A DNA stretch of 47,740 nt from Vulcanimicrobiota bacterium (GTDB lineage: Bacteria; Vulcanimicrobiota; Vulcanimicrobiia; Vulcanimicrobiales; Vulcanimicrobiaceae), in contig PLCF01000069.1 in NCBI GenBank assembly GCA_003135555.1, positions 1 through 47,740 of the forward strand. The letters are read 5' to 3'. Shown one piece after another: positions 29,434-38,421 of this stretch. A program made the position numbers and the translations under genes. Below the pieces are notes generated by a model, which was given only the letters and a program-made list of their open reading frames with translations, did no database searches and had not been told where the DNA came from. Every line of letters begins with the position of its first letter. Positions within the stretch are counted from its first letter, which is position 1.

Positions 29434-31140
29434 CTAACGCCGCGCGGCGATCTTTGCGGCCAGCTCCTCGGCGAAGGCGTCGACGGTCTCGGTGCGTTTC
29501 TCCTCGACGCCGCGCTCGTTGACGTTCACGGTGCCGTCGGCCAACTCGCTCTTCCCGACGACGAGGATGTAGGGCACCTTCTGCGTCTTCCAGTGGCGGA
29601 TCTTGTAGCCCAGCTTCTCGTTGCTGCTGTCGACGTCGATGCGAAAGCCGCGTGCCCGCAGCCGGTCGCGCACCGCGTACGCGTAGTCGAGCTGGTGCTC
29701 CGAGATCGGCGCGACCACAGCTTGCGTCGGCGCGACCCAGGCCGGAAACGCGCCGCCGAAGTGCTCGATGAGCACGCCGAAGAAGCGCTCCATCGAACCC
29801 GCCAGCGCCCGGTGGATCATCACCGGCGTATGGTCTTGGCCGTCGGCGCCGCGGTACTTGAGCTCGAAGCGCTCGGGCAACACGAAGTCGACCTGCACCG
29901 TGCCGAGCTGCCATTTGCGCCCGATCGCGTCATGCAGGTTGATGTCGAGCTTGGGCCCGTAGAAAGCGCCGCCGCCCTCGTCGAGCTGATACGGCAGGTT
30001 GCGTGACTCGAGCGCCTTACGGATCGCGTCCTCGGCGATCTCGTCGGTCGGCCCGCGCTCGGCGCGGGTGCTCAAGAAATACTCGAAGTCCTTGAAGTCG
30101 AATGCCCGCATCAGGCGTAGCGCCTCGTCGAGGGCCTGCTCGAACTCGCCCTGCAGCTGTTCGCGCGTGCAGAAGAGGTGCGCGTCGTCGGTGGTGAAGC
30201 CGCGCACCCGCGTGAGCCCGTGCAGCGTCCCGCTGAGCTCGAAGCGGTAGACGGTGCCGAACTCGCTGTAGCGTAGCGGCAGGTCGCGGTACGAGCGGCC
30301 GTCGGCCTTGTAGATCAGGATGTGGCCGGGGCAATTCATCGGCTTCACGCGAAAGCGCTGGCCCTCGACCTCGATCGGCCCGAACATCGAGTGGGCGAAG
30401 TTTTCGAGGTGGCCGGAGATCTCGTACAGCTTTTCGTGCACGACGTGCGGCGTGACGACCGGGAGATACCCACGCTCGCGCAAGCCCTCCCGGATGAACT
30501 CTTCGACGATCCCGCGGATCAGCGCACCCTTGGGGTGCCAGAAGATCAGCCCGCCGCCGGCGAGCTCGTCGACGTGGAAGAGATCGAGCTCCGCGCCGAG
30601 CTTGCGATGGTCGCGCTTCGCGGCCTCTTCGAGGAAGGTGTGGTAGTCGTCGAGCTCTTGCTGCGTGGGGAAGGCGGTGCCGTAGATGCGTTGCAGCATC
30701 GCGTTCTTCGCGTCGCCGCGCCAGTAGGCGCCCGCGACCGACTCCAGCTCGACGGCTCCGATGGCGCCGGTCGAGTCGGCGTGCCCGCCGCGGCATAGGT
30801 CGGTGAACTCACCGATCGTGTAGAGCGTGATCGGCTCGTCGTCGGGGATCCCTTGCGCCAGTTCGACCTTGTAGGGGTTGTCGCGAAAGGCCGCGATCGC
30901 TTCGTCGCGCGTGACCCGCCGGCCGGTCATGGGATAGTCCGCCGCAACGATCTCTCGCATCCGCGCCTCGAGCTTTGCGAGGTCGTCGGGCGTGAACGCC
31001 GTGGTGCGATCGAAGTCGTAGTAGAACCCGCTCTCGATCGCCGGGCCGATCGTGGGCTTGGCCTCGGGGAAGAGGTCTTGCACGGCGTACGCGAGCACGT
31101 GAGCGGCCGTGTGACGGAGGTGCGCGATGTCGACTGCCAT
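29434..31140 (-). CDS. thrS: Threonine--tRNA ligase lacking N1 (TGS) domain
   Basis: RHTAAH, DLCRGGH, KRDHRKLG, KPMNCPGH, AFYGPK, MIHRA.GSMERF. Confidence 0.96.
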   Translation of the reverse strand: MAVDIAHLRHTAAHVLAYAVQDLFPEAKPTIGPAIESGFYYDFDRTTAFTPDDLAKLEARMREIVAADYPMTGRRVTRDEAIAAFRDNPYKVELAQGIPDDEPITLYTIGEFTDLCRGGHADSTGAIGAVELESVAGAYWRGDAKNAMLQRIYGTAFPTQQELDDYHTFLEEAAKRDHRKLGAELDLFHVDELAGGGLIFWHPKGALIRGIVEEFIREGLRERGYLPVVTPHVVHEKLYEISGHLENFAHSMFGPIEVEGQRFRVKPMNCPGHILIYKADGRSYRDLPLRYSEFGTVYRFELSGTLHGLTRVRGFTTDDAHLFCTREQLQGEFEQALDEALRLMRAFDFKDFEYFLSTRAERGPTDEIAEDAIRKALESRNLPYQLDEGGGAFYGPKLDINLHDAIGRKWQLGTVQVDFVLPERFELKYRGADGQDHTPVMIHRALAGSMERFFGVLIEHFGGAFPAWVAPTQAVVAPISEHQLDYAYAVRDRLRARGFRIDVDSSNEKLGYKIRHWKTQKVPYILVVGKSELADGTVNVNERGVEEKRTETVDAFAEELAAKIAARR

Positions 31141-31234
31141 GGTGGTCACCACCGCCCGTTCGACGTCCGCGTTCGGTGAGCCTCACAGCGAACGCAGGCG
31201 TGACGAAATGGCCTCGGGCCAGTACGCTGTGTCG

Positions 31235-31936
31235 ATGACGGTCGCACACAAGCATTTCGAGCGCCACACCGGCGGCACCCAGACGATCCGGGACCTCGTG
31301 CTGGGGATGGCCGACGGCCTGACCGTCCCGTTCGCGCTTGCCGCGGGGGTAACCGGAGCGGTCGCCGCCAGCGGCATCGTCGTGACCGCCGGGATGGCGG
31401 AAATCGTGGCCGGGGCCATCTCGATGGGGCTGGGCGGCTATCTGGCGGCGCGCAGCGAGGCGCAGCACTACGCCAAGGAGTACGCCCGCGAGGTCCGCGA
31501 GACGCACGAGATTCCCAACGAGGAGCGGGCCGAGGTCGCCCAGATCCTCCACGAGTACGGCGTGCGCGAGCCGATCCTGACGCGCGTGGTCAACGATATC
31601 ACCAGCGACCGCGACCAGTGGGTCGCGTTCATGATGCGCAACGAGCTGGGTCTCGAACGGCCCGACGTGCGTGCCGCGCCGCGCAGCGCGGCGCTGGTCG
31701 GCGGCGGGTACGCGCTCGGCGGCGTCTTCCCGCTGGCGCCATACCTGTTCGTCCCCAACGCCCACGAGGCGCTGTACTGGTCGATCCTATGCACCTCGAT
31801 CGCGCTGCTGGTCTTCGGCACGGTGCGCGCGCGCGTGCTCGCGACGCCGCTCGTCGCCGGCGCGCTGCAGACCTGGTTCATCGGAGCGCTCGCAGCGAGC
31901 GTCGCGTACGGCTTGGCGAGGCTGATCTCACATTAG
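31235..31936 (+). CDS. VIT1/CCC1 family Fe/Mn transporter
   Basis: RDLVLGMADG, AGAISMGLGGY, MMRNELG; alternative start at 31208. Confidence 0.9.
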   Translation: MTVAHKHFERHTGGTQTIRDLVLGMADGLTVPFALAAGVTGAVAASGIVVTAGMAEIVAGAISMGLGGYLAARSEAQHYAKEYAREVRETHEIPNEERAEVAQILHEYGVREPILTRVVNDITSDRDQWVAFMMRNELGLERPDVRAAPRSAALVGGGYALGGVFPLAPYLFVPNAHEALYWSILCTSIALLVFGTVRARVLATPLVAGALQTWFIGALAASVAYGLARLISH

Positions 31937-31958
31937 CCGGCTCGCGCTGCGGGCGGCG

Positions 31959-33365
31959 TTGATCCTCGCGCTGGGTGGCGGCGCCGCCGCCGCAGTGTAC
32001 GCGGCAGCTCCCGCGCCGCCGCGCAGCGTCGACGCGAAGCGCGTCGACGCCGTGATGAAACGGAACTTCTTCGAGCGCGGCGGGCGCAGTGGTGCCTCGG
32101 TCGCGATCGCCGTCGATGGGCGGGTTGCGTTCGCGCGCGGCTACGGCGACGTGGACACCGGGACGCCGGATCGCTGGGAGCCCGCGACCGCCGACTACTA
32201 CGGCGCCGGGCGTGGAAGCGCTGCGCCGAGGCCCCGCGCGCCGGCGACCGCCGACACGATCTACGAGGCCGGGTCGATCTCGAAGACGATCGTCGCGACC
32301 GCCGTCCATGCACTCGCCGACGACGGCGCGCTTTCGATCGACGATCCGGTGGCGCGCTGGCTCCCCGCGTTTACGAACCGCCCCGAACTGCGCGTGCGCA
32401 ACCTGCTCGAACAGACCTCGGGGATCTCGGACTTCAACCAGCCCAAATATCTCGGCGATTTTCGCGGGAAGCCGGTCGGAGCCCTGATCGCGGCGCTCGC
32501 GCACGAGCAACCATTGTTCCGCGCGGGTTCACGCTACGAGTACAGCAACAGCAACTACCTGCTGCTGGGGCGGATCGTCGAGCGCGCCGCGCACCGGCCG
32601 CTGGAGCAGTACCTCGCGCAACGGTTCTTCACGCCGCTGGGGATGACGCGCACGCGGTTCTACGGCTTCGCGAGCCGCGCCGACGTCGCCGTCGGCTACA
32701 CGCTCGAGGAGCGCGAGCGCGTTCGCGCTTATCCGTGGGATCTGCGCTGGGCCGGCGGCGCAGGCGGCCTCACGACCGATGCGCCCGACCTGGCGCGTTT
32801 CGACGCCGCGCTCATGGACGGCCGGGTGATTCGGGTCGCGTCGTTCGCCGCGATGGCGACGCCGAGCGGCGCGCAGCATCCGATCTCCATGGGACCCTAT
32901 GCGCAGGCGCTCATCGCGGACCGCATCGGCTCGCACCGCGAACTGTGGCACAACGGCGCCATCGGCGGCTTCCACGCGGTGCACGCGCTCTTTCCCGACG
33001 ATCGAATCGCGATCGTCGTGCTGACGGATCAGTTGAATTCGAGGCCGGAGTCGCTCGTCGGCCCGTTGCTCGCCGCCGTCGTTCCGCTGACGCCATACGA
33101 GCAATCGACGCAGCAGAGCTCGAGCGATGCGGCGCGGGCGCTGTTCGGCTGCGCTCTGACCGCCCTCATCGCGGCGATCGTTGCCGGGGTGTGGCGCCGC
33201 CGAGCGATCTGGGCCGTCGCGCTGGTCGCAATCGGCGCCGCCGTAATCGGACTTGCCTTGCCGCTCTTCGTCGCGCTGCCGTCGGCCTTCGCGTACGCGC
33301 TGGTTCCCGCCGCGCTGTTCGCGCTGCCGTGGAGCCGCCTGCTTCGGCGCAGAAGCACAACGTAG
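31959..33365 (+). CDS. Serine hydrolase, beta-lactamase/PBP-like family, with C-terminal TM segments
   Basis: S-x-x-K (GSISK), Y-x-N (YSNSNY), HNG. Confidence 0.85.
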   Translation: MILALGGGAAAAVYAAAPAPPRSVDAKRVDAVMKRNFFERGGRSGASVAIAVDGRVAFARGYGDVDTGTPDRWEPATADYYGAGRGSAAPRPRAPATADTIYEAGSISKTIVATAVHALADDGALSIDDPVARWLPAFTNRPELRVRNLLEQTSGISDFNQPKYLGDFRGKPVGALIAALAHEQPLFRAGSRYEYSNSNYLLLGRIVERAAHRPLEQYLAQRFFTPLGMTRTRFYGFASRADVAVGYTLEERERVRAYPWDLRWAGGAGGLTTDAPDLARFDAALMDGRVIRVASFAAMATPSGAQHPISMGPYAQALIADRIGSHRELWHNGAIGGFHAVHALFPDDRIAIVVLTDQLNSRPESLVGPLLAAVVPLTPYEQSTQQSSSDAARALFGCALTALIAAIVAGVWRRRAIWAVALVAIGAAVIGLALPLFVALPSAFAYALVPAALFALPWSRLLRRRSTT

Positions 33366-33465
33366 GCCCAAGTGTACGCTGGGGAACTTTGTCCCCAGGA
33401 GAAACGACCCGCCGTAGCAAGGATAGGTCATCGGTCTCACTACGGTTTTCGGAAGGGTGCCACTC

Positions 33466-34233
33466 ATGAACAGCCTCTTCAAGAGCGCGGGTTTCTTTGC
33501 TGTCGTCGCGCTGACGGCATGTGGCGGCGGTGGGGGCGGTGGCGGAACCGGTGGTGGAGGAGGCGGATTCACCCCGCCCACGGCCAGCGGCGACATGGTC
33601 GCGTTTCAAGGGAGCCGGGGATGGAATTATCACGGCAATGCCTTTGGCGTAAACAGCGTAACGGTTTCCGTGTATGCCGATCCCCCGCAGAACGGACTTG
33701 ACGTACTCGTATTGTTCGCACAAAGCGGCAGCCTGGCAGATGCGTTCAGCGGAACGAAGCTCGCGGGCATCGCGGTTCAGCCGAGCGGCGGCGCGTACAG
33801 CGTGACGGCCTACGTGCTGCTCAACAACAACGGCTCGATATACGCGCAAGGAACGCTTGCGGGCCCGCCGACGCTTGTGCCGGCAGCGCTTATCCAGGGA
33901 CAAGGTTTCGCTTCGTATCCGGGCGTGACCGCCGTCGTGCAGGCGGTCGGCGCGGTGCCGGGCGCGAGCGCGTGTCCGACGCCGGCGACGGGAGCAACCG
34001 TGCAGTACACGTTTGCGGGTGGAACCTATCTCGTCTCGTACGTGCCCGGCTGCGGGATCACGCAGTACGTCGGCAACCACGGCGAGACATTGACACTAGC
34101 CTCGGTCGGCAGCTACCCACAGCTCGGATCGCAAAGCGTTCGCAATATGTCGACCCTCACGCTGTTCGACAACATGAAGAGCCTCGCGCGCATCCTAGCA
34201 ACCGGCGAAAAGTGGACGCCGGGTTTGCGATAG
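33466..34233 (+). CDS. Hypothetical lipoprotein with poly-Gly linker
   Basis: Lipobox LTA-C followed by a Gly run; beta-rich mature part. Confidence 0.75.
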   Translation: MNSLFKSAGFFAVVALTACGGGGGGGGTGGGGGGFTPPTASGDMVAFQGSRGWNYHGNAFGVNSVTVSVYADPPQNGLDVLVLFAQSGSLADAFSGTKLAGIAVQPSGGAYSVTAYVLLNNNGSIYAQGTLAGPPTLVPAALIQGQGFASYPGVTAVVQAVGAVPGASACPTPATGATVQYTFAGGTYLVSYVPGCGITQYVGNHGETLTLASVGSYPQLGSQSVRNMSTLTLFDNMKSLARILATGEKWTPGLR

Positions 34234-34271
34234 CGGTTCTCGTGGCTGAAGAGGAACATCCGTTCGCTTGC

Positions 34272-34295
34272 AGGGAGACTCGCCCGGTCGCGGAA
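34272..34295 (+). promoter_or_regulatory. Putative promoter motif AGG-N17-GGAA, 9 nt before ATG 34305
   Basis: Recurrent motif. Confidence 0.45.
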
Positions 34296-34304
34296 GCCCG
34301 CGCG

Positions 34305-34583
34305 ATGACGTTCGGCTCGAGATCGCGGGTCGTTCTGTGGATGACCGCCGCCGTGTCGTTCGTGTCGTTCGCCGCGGCCGCCGCAGCGGCAAACAAGGTG
34401 ATCGTGCCGGAGCCGCTGGTGGTTCAGGGCGAGTCGGCTGCCGCCAGCACGGCGCCGACCACGACGCGGCGCATCCAGCCGGTCGCACTGGTCGTCGTGG
34501 GCGAGTCCGCGATCACGACAGGAACACGCTCGACGCAGCGGTCGATCACGCCGCAGGCTCTCGTCGTGCAGGGGGAACACTGA
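34305..34583 (+). CDS. Small secreted protein with three IxPxxLVVxGE repeats
   Basis: Signal peptide, then IVPEPLVVQGE / IQPVALVVVGE / ITPQALVVQGE. Confidence 0.7.
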   Translation: MTFGSRSRVVLWMTAAVSFVSFAAAAAAANKVIVPEPLVVQGESAAASTAPTTTRRIQPVALVVVGESAITTGTRSTQRSITPQALVVQGEH

Positions 34584-35116
34584 TGCGCATTGTCCGTGCT
34601 GTCATCGCCGCCGCCACCTGCACCGCGCTGTTCGCGCCCGCTGCGGCTACCACGCAGGCACCGGCATCGGATGCGTTCACCATCGACGTACCCGTGCAGC
34701 TCACCACGATCAATGCCCACGCTGGGCCGAAGGTTCGTTCGGTTACCGTCGAGTGCGCGGTCGCTTCGGGGACGAGCGTCCGGACGATGGTGTCCGGGGA
34801 CCGGCCCGGCGTGCGGTTTCTCTCCGGACCGCAGGCGAACGGGTCGGCCGGGAGCGTTCTCGGCAGAGCATTCGCCCGCGTGCCGCTCGATGCGACCGGC
34901 TCCTATGGCGGCCCCCCAGTGCCGGTCGTCGTGAACGCGATCCATGGATCTGCCGGGAACGCGCACAGCTACCTCTGCGCTTTGCTCTTCGATGGAGCCA
35001 TCGCGCGCAATCCCCCGCCGGTAAGCAGCGGCAGCGGTAAGGCCGTGGGCGGATCGAGGACATATCGCTACGTACCCGCGACCTTTCATGTGGTATCCGT
35101 TGGTACGATCCAGTAG
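34583..35116 (+). CDS. Secreted hypothetical beta-rich protein
   Basis: TGATG coupling with upstream gene; signal peptide; two Cys in mature part. Confidence 0.7.
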   Translation: MRIVRAVIAAATCTALFAPAAATTQAPASDAFTIDVPVQLTTINAHAGPKVRSVTVECAVASGTSVRTMVSGDRPGVRFLSGPQANGSAGSVLGRAFARVPLDATGSYGGPPVPVVVNAIHGSAGNAHSYLCALLFDGAIARNPPPVSSGSGKAVGGSRTYRYVPATFHVVSVGTIQ

Positions 35117-35127
35117 TTCACGCAAAA

Positions 35128-35161
35128 CAAGAAGACCCCGCGGCCATGCGGGGTCTTCTTG
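35128..35161. terminator. Intrinsic terminator between convergent gene and tRNA-Val
   Basis: 14-bp perfect stem caagaagaccccgc/gcggggtcttcttg; T-tract on minus strand. Confidence 0.85.
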
Positions 35162-35165
35162 GACG

Positions 35166-35240
35166 TGGTGGGCGGCAGAAGGATTGAACTTCTGACCTCT
35201 ACAGTGTCAATGTAGCGCTCTCCCACTGAGCTAGCCGCCC
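35166..35240 (-). tRNA. tRNA-Val(GAC)
   Basis: gggcggc acceptor stem, ctaca-ttGACac-tgtag anticodon arm, gttcaatc T-loop, encoded CCA. Confidence 0.95.
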
Positions 35241-35321
35241 GTATCCTTGTCCGACGTGGCTTTTACGACGCTCCTGCGTTCACGAACCTCCCATGTATAC
35301 CAAGAAGTAGACCTTTTTCCT

Positions 35322-35705
35322 TTAGGGTTGCTTCGTGGTTGATGAGGTAGGATCTCCTCCGGATTTCCGCATGTTGACCGAATGCGCAGCTTTATCCAAC
35401 TCCGTGAGGTGCGCCGTTGTGCATGGCGTTCCATTACATAGCAAGGAGCCATCCGCCCTGACTGCGAGGCTCTTGATGCTCTTGCTGGTGCCGAGAGAAG
35501 CCGCCAGTGCTTTGACCTCGTCTTGAGTGCACGCCACCATGTCTTTCCCGCGGGCTTGCGGGACCACCATACATTTCAGCGGGCCGCTCGGACCATCTTG
35601 AACGATCTTATAGATGTTGCTCCGACTAGAGTTGAGGTTAATCGACCCCATCGCCGGCAGAGCTACAACGCACATCAGCACGAAAGAAAGAGCCAGTCGT
35701 TTCAT
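35322..35705 (-). CDS. Small secreted protein with internal Cys-pair duplication
   Basis: Signal peptide; GPLKC...ACTQDEVKAL vs GSLLCNGTPCTTAHLTEL. Confidence 0.7.
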   Translation of the reverse strand: MKRLALSFVLMCVVALPAMGSINLNSSRSNIYKIVQDGPSGPLKCMVVPQARGKDMVACTQDEVKALAASLGTSKSIKSLAVRADGSLLCNGTPCTTAHLTELDKAAHSVNMRKSGGDPTSSTTKQP

Positions 35706-35801
35706 TGGTAGGACCCCCTTTGTCGATCCGACCCAATGCTAGGCGCAGTCCGACCCGAAAGTCAAATCCTCGCCTAAGGCGAGGCGCAGGGCCCGCTCGC
35801 T

Positions 35802-36818
35802 TCAGGACGCGAGGCGGCGGCGCAGCGCGCCGCCGAGGCCGCCCGGGACGAACAGCACCAGCACGATGAAGAGCACGCCGAGCAAGAACAGCGGCTGCGA
35901 GAGCGGGACGCGTAGCACGCCCGGCAGCCCGTGCAGCGCCGCCGTGTTCGACAGCGCCACCAAGCGGAAATCCAAGTACTGGTACACGATGCCGCCGAGG
36001 ACCGCGCCCCACAACGTACCGACCCCGCCCAGTACGACCATCACCAGCAGGGCGAGGGTGAAGTCAGCGGTCGTGACCTGCGGGTTGGCGCCGCCTTGCA
36101 GCAGCAAGTAGACGACGCCGGTCATCGACGCGAGGAACGCCGACAGGACGAACGCGCCGAGCTTGTAGAGATACGGGTTCAAGCCCAGGACGCCGACCCG
36201 GCGCTCGTTCTCGCGAATCGCTTGCCAGACGCGCCCGGGCGGTGAGTTGACCGCGCGCCAGGCGACCGCGTAGAGCACGATCAACAGCGCGAGCGCGATC
36301 CAGTACACGTTGCGCGTGTTCGCTACGCCGACCAGAAACGAAGGCAGCGTGTCGCCCCCCAGCGCCAGCCCTTCCTCGCCGCCGGTGAGCCCCCAGGGAT
36401 TCTGCATCACCAAAATCGAGCCGGCTTGGGCGAAGGCGAGCGTGACCATCGCGAACGGGATGTCGCGCATGCGCAAGCAGATCGCACCGAGCGCGAGCGG
36501 CAGGATCACCGAGACGACCACCGTGAGCGCGAACGCTGCCGGGAGCGACCAGTGCCAGCGCGCCAGCGCGACCGCCGTGACGTACACGCCGGTGGCGAAG
36601 TACAGTGCGTGGCCGAACGAGAGCAGGCCGACGTAGCCGAACACGAGGTCGTACGTCAGCGCGAGCGCGCCGAACACGAAGCACAGCCCGAGCAGGTTGA
36701 GCGTTCCCGGCGCGTTGAGCGCGTTGTCGAACAGTCCCGGGATCGCGATCCCGATCGCCGGCAGCGCGACGCACACGAGCAGCGCAGCGCCGAGCACGAC
36801 GAGGCGGCGCGGCAGCAT
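35802..36818 (-). CDS. livM: Branched-chain amino acid ABC permease (LivM-like)
   Basis: GLLSFGHA, FAMVTLAF, AIRENE, MVVLGG. Confidence 0.9.
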   Translation of the reverse strand: MLPRRLVVLGAALLVCVALPAIGIAIPGLFDNALNAPGTLNLLGLCFVFGALALTYDLVFGYVGLLSFGHALYFATGVYVTAVALARWHWSLPAAFALTVVVSVILPLALGAICLRMRDIPFAMVTLAFAQAGSILVMQNPWGLTGGEEGLALGGDTLPSFLVGVANTRNVYWIALALLIVLYAVAWRAVNSPPGRVWQAIRENERRVGVLGLNPYLYKLGAFVLSAFLASMTGVVYLLLQGGANPQVTTADFTLALLVMVVLGGVGTLWGAVLGGIVYQYLDFRLVALSNTAALHGLPGVLRVPLSQPLFLLGVLFIVLVLFVPGGLGGALRRRLAS

Positions 36819-37699
36819 CAGGTCGTCGCGCCCGACAGGCCGCCGGGGCGCACCAAGAGCACGATGGCCAGCAGCAGCACCACCGAGAAATCGCCCACGC
36901 CGGCCGCGCCGTAGAAGTTGAGGAACTGCTGCAGCACGCCGACGAGCACGGCGGCCAGCGCCGAGCCGGTGACCGACCCCAGGCCGCCGATGATCACCAC
37001 GATGAAGGCGAAGATCAGCATCGAGGTGCCGCGACCGGGATCGATCGTCCCGTAGTAGGTCGCGGCGAGCATCCCGGCGAGCCCCGCCGCCATGCCGCCG
37101 ATCGCGAACACCAGCGTGAACGCGCGCTGCACGTCGATCCCCAACGCTTGCACCATCGCGCGATTTTCGACGCCGGCGCGGACGATGAGCCCGAACCGCG
37201 TGCGCTGCAAGAAGAAGAGCAACAGCGCGAACACGATCGCGGCGACGGCGATCACCAGCAGGCGGGTGTTCGGGATGTTCGCGCCCGCTATGGTGACCGT
37301 GTTGGTCATCCACACCGGCAGGGCCAGCCGCTGCGGATCGCTGCCGAAGCCGCCTTGCACGAGCGCGATCGTGGCCAGCGCGAGCCCGACCGTCACCAGC
37401 ACCTGGCCGACGTGGCGCGCGTACAGCGGGCGGATCAGCACGACTTCGGTCAGCGCCGCCATGACGCCGCCGACGACGACCGCGACGGCGACGGCGGTCA
37501 GCCACTGCAGCTCGGGCGAGGCCGAGCCGACGAGGCGCGTCGCCGACCACCCGGCGTACGCGGCGACGGTGAAGAACGCGCCGTGCGCGAAGTTGAGCAC
37601 GCGCATCAGCCCCCAGATCAGCGACAAGCCGGCGGCGATGAGAAAGTACAGCGCTCCGAGGCCCAGCCCCGTGATGAGCAGCAACGCGATCGTCGTCAC
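36818..37699 (-). CDS. livH: Branched-chain amino acid ABC permease (LivH-like)
   Basis: GLSLIWGLMRVLNFAHG, VIIGGLGS, RPGGL. Confidence 0.9.
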   Translation of the reverse strand: MTTIALLLITGLGLGALYFLIAAGLSLIWGLMRVLNFAHGAFFTVAAYAGWSATRLVGSASPELQWLTAVAVAVVVGGVMAALTEVVLIRPLYARHVGQVLVTVGLALATIALVQGGFGSDPQRLALPVWMTNTVTIAGANIPNTRLLVIAVAAIVFALLLFFLQRTRFGLIVRAGVENRAMVQALGIDVQRAFTLVFAIGGMAAGLAGMLAATYYGTIDPGRGTSMLIFAFIVVIIGGLGSVTGSALAAVLVGVLQQFLNFYGAAGVGDFSVVLLLAIVLLVRPGGLSGATT

Positions 37700-38421
37700 G
37701 ATTCAGTGGTCCCCGCAGCGGCGAGTCCGAGGTGGCGCCGGGCCAGCGCCGCATCGCCCATGAGCTGATCGACCTCGCCCGTGAACGAGACGCGGCCCTG
37801 GTCGAGCACGACCACGTCGTGCACGAGCTTGTGTGCGACGCTGAGGTTCTGCTCGACCAAGAGGATGGTGGTGACCTCCGCGGCGCGGCGCAGCGCGTCG
37901 ACGACGTGCCGCACGACGAGCGGCGCGAGCCCCTTGGTCGGCTCGTCGACGAGCAGGATCTGGTTGTCGTTGAGCAGCGCGCGCCCCAAGGCGACCATCT
38001 GCTGCTGCCCGCCCGAGAGCGTGCCGGCTTTTTGCGCACCGCGCGCCTTGAGCTCCGGGAACAGCTCGTAGACGAGGTCGTAGCGCAAGGCGGCTCCGGC
38101 ACGCTCGGCGAGCCGCAGGTTCTCGTCGACCGTCAAGCCGGAAAACACGTCGCGGTCTTCCGGGACGTAACCGACGCCGCGCCGCACGATCTCGTGCACC
38201 GCGAGTTTGGTGGTCTCGGCGCCGGCGAGCAGCACGCTGCCGGTGCGCGGGACCAGCCCCAGGATGCCGCGCAAGGTGGTTGTCTTGCCGACGCCGTTGC
38301 GGCCCAGCAACCCGGTAATCCCGCCGCGCCGGACGTCGAACGACACCCCTTGCAGGATGTGCGACTCGCCGATGTACACGTCGAGATCGCGCACTTCGAG
38401 CAGCATCCCGGCGCCGTTCAC
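37696..38421 (-). CDS. livF: ABC ATPase (LivF-like)
   Basis: GRNGVGKTT, LSGGQQQM, DEPTKGLAP. Confidence 0.92.
   Translation of the reverse strand: MNGAGMLLEVRDLDVYIGESHILQGVSFDVRRGGITGLLGRNGVGKTTTLRGILGLVPRTGSVLLAGAETTKLAVHEIVRRGVGYVPEDRDVFSGLTVDENLRLAERAGAALRYDLVYELFPELKARGAQKAGTLSGGQQQMVALGRALLNDNQILLVDEPTKGLAPLVVRHVVDALRRAAEVTTILLVEQNLSVAHKLVHDVVVLDQGRVSFTGEVDQLMGDAALARRHLGLAAAGTTES

Noticed and set aside
33521..33566. Gly-codon run as a phase-variation tract
   Set aside because: In frame with mixed codons; an ordinary lipoprotein linker, unlike the broken run at about 14926.
35802..38102. 766-aa ORF as a giant LivM fusion
   Set aside because: Only the last 338 aa are LivM-like; the rest is an alternate-frame shadow over livH and livF.
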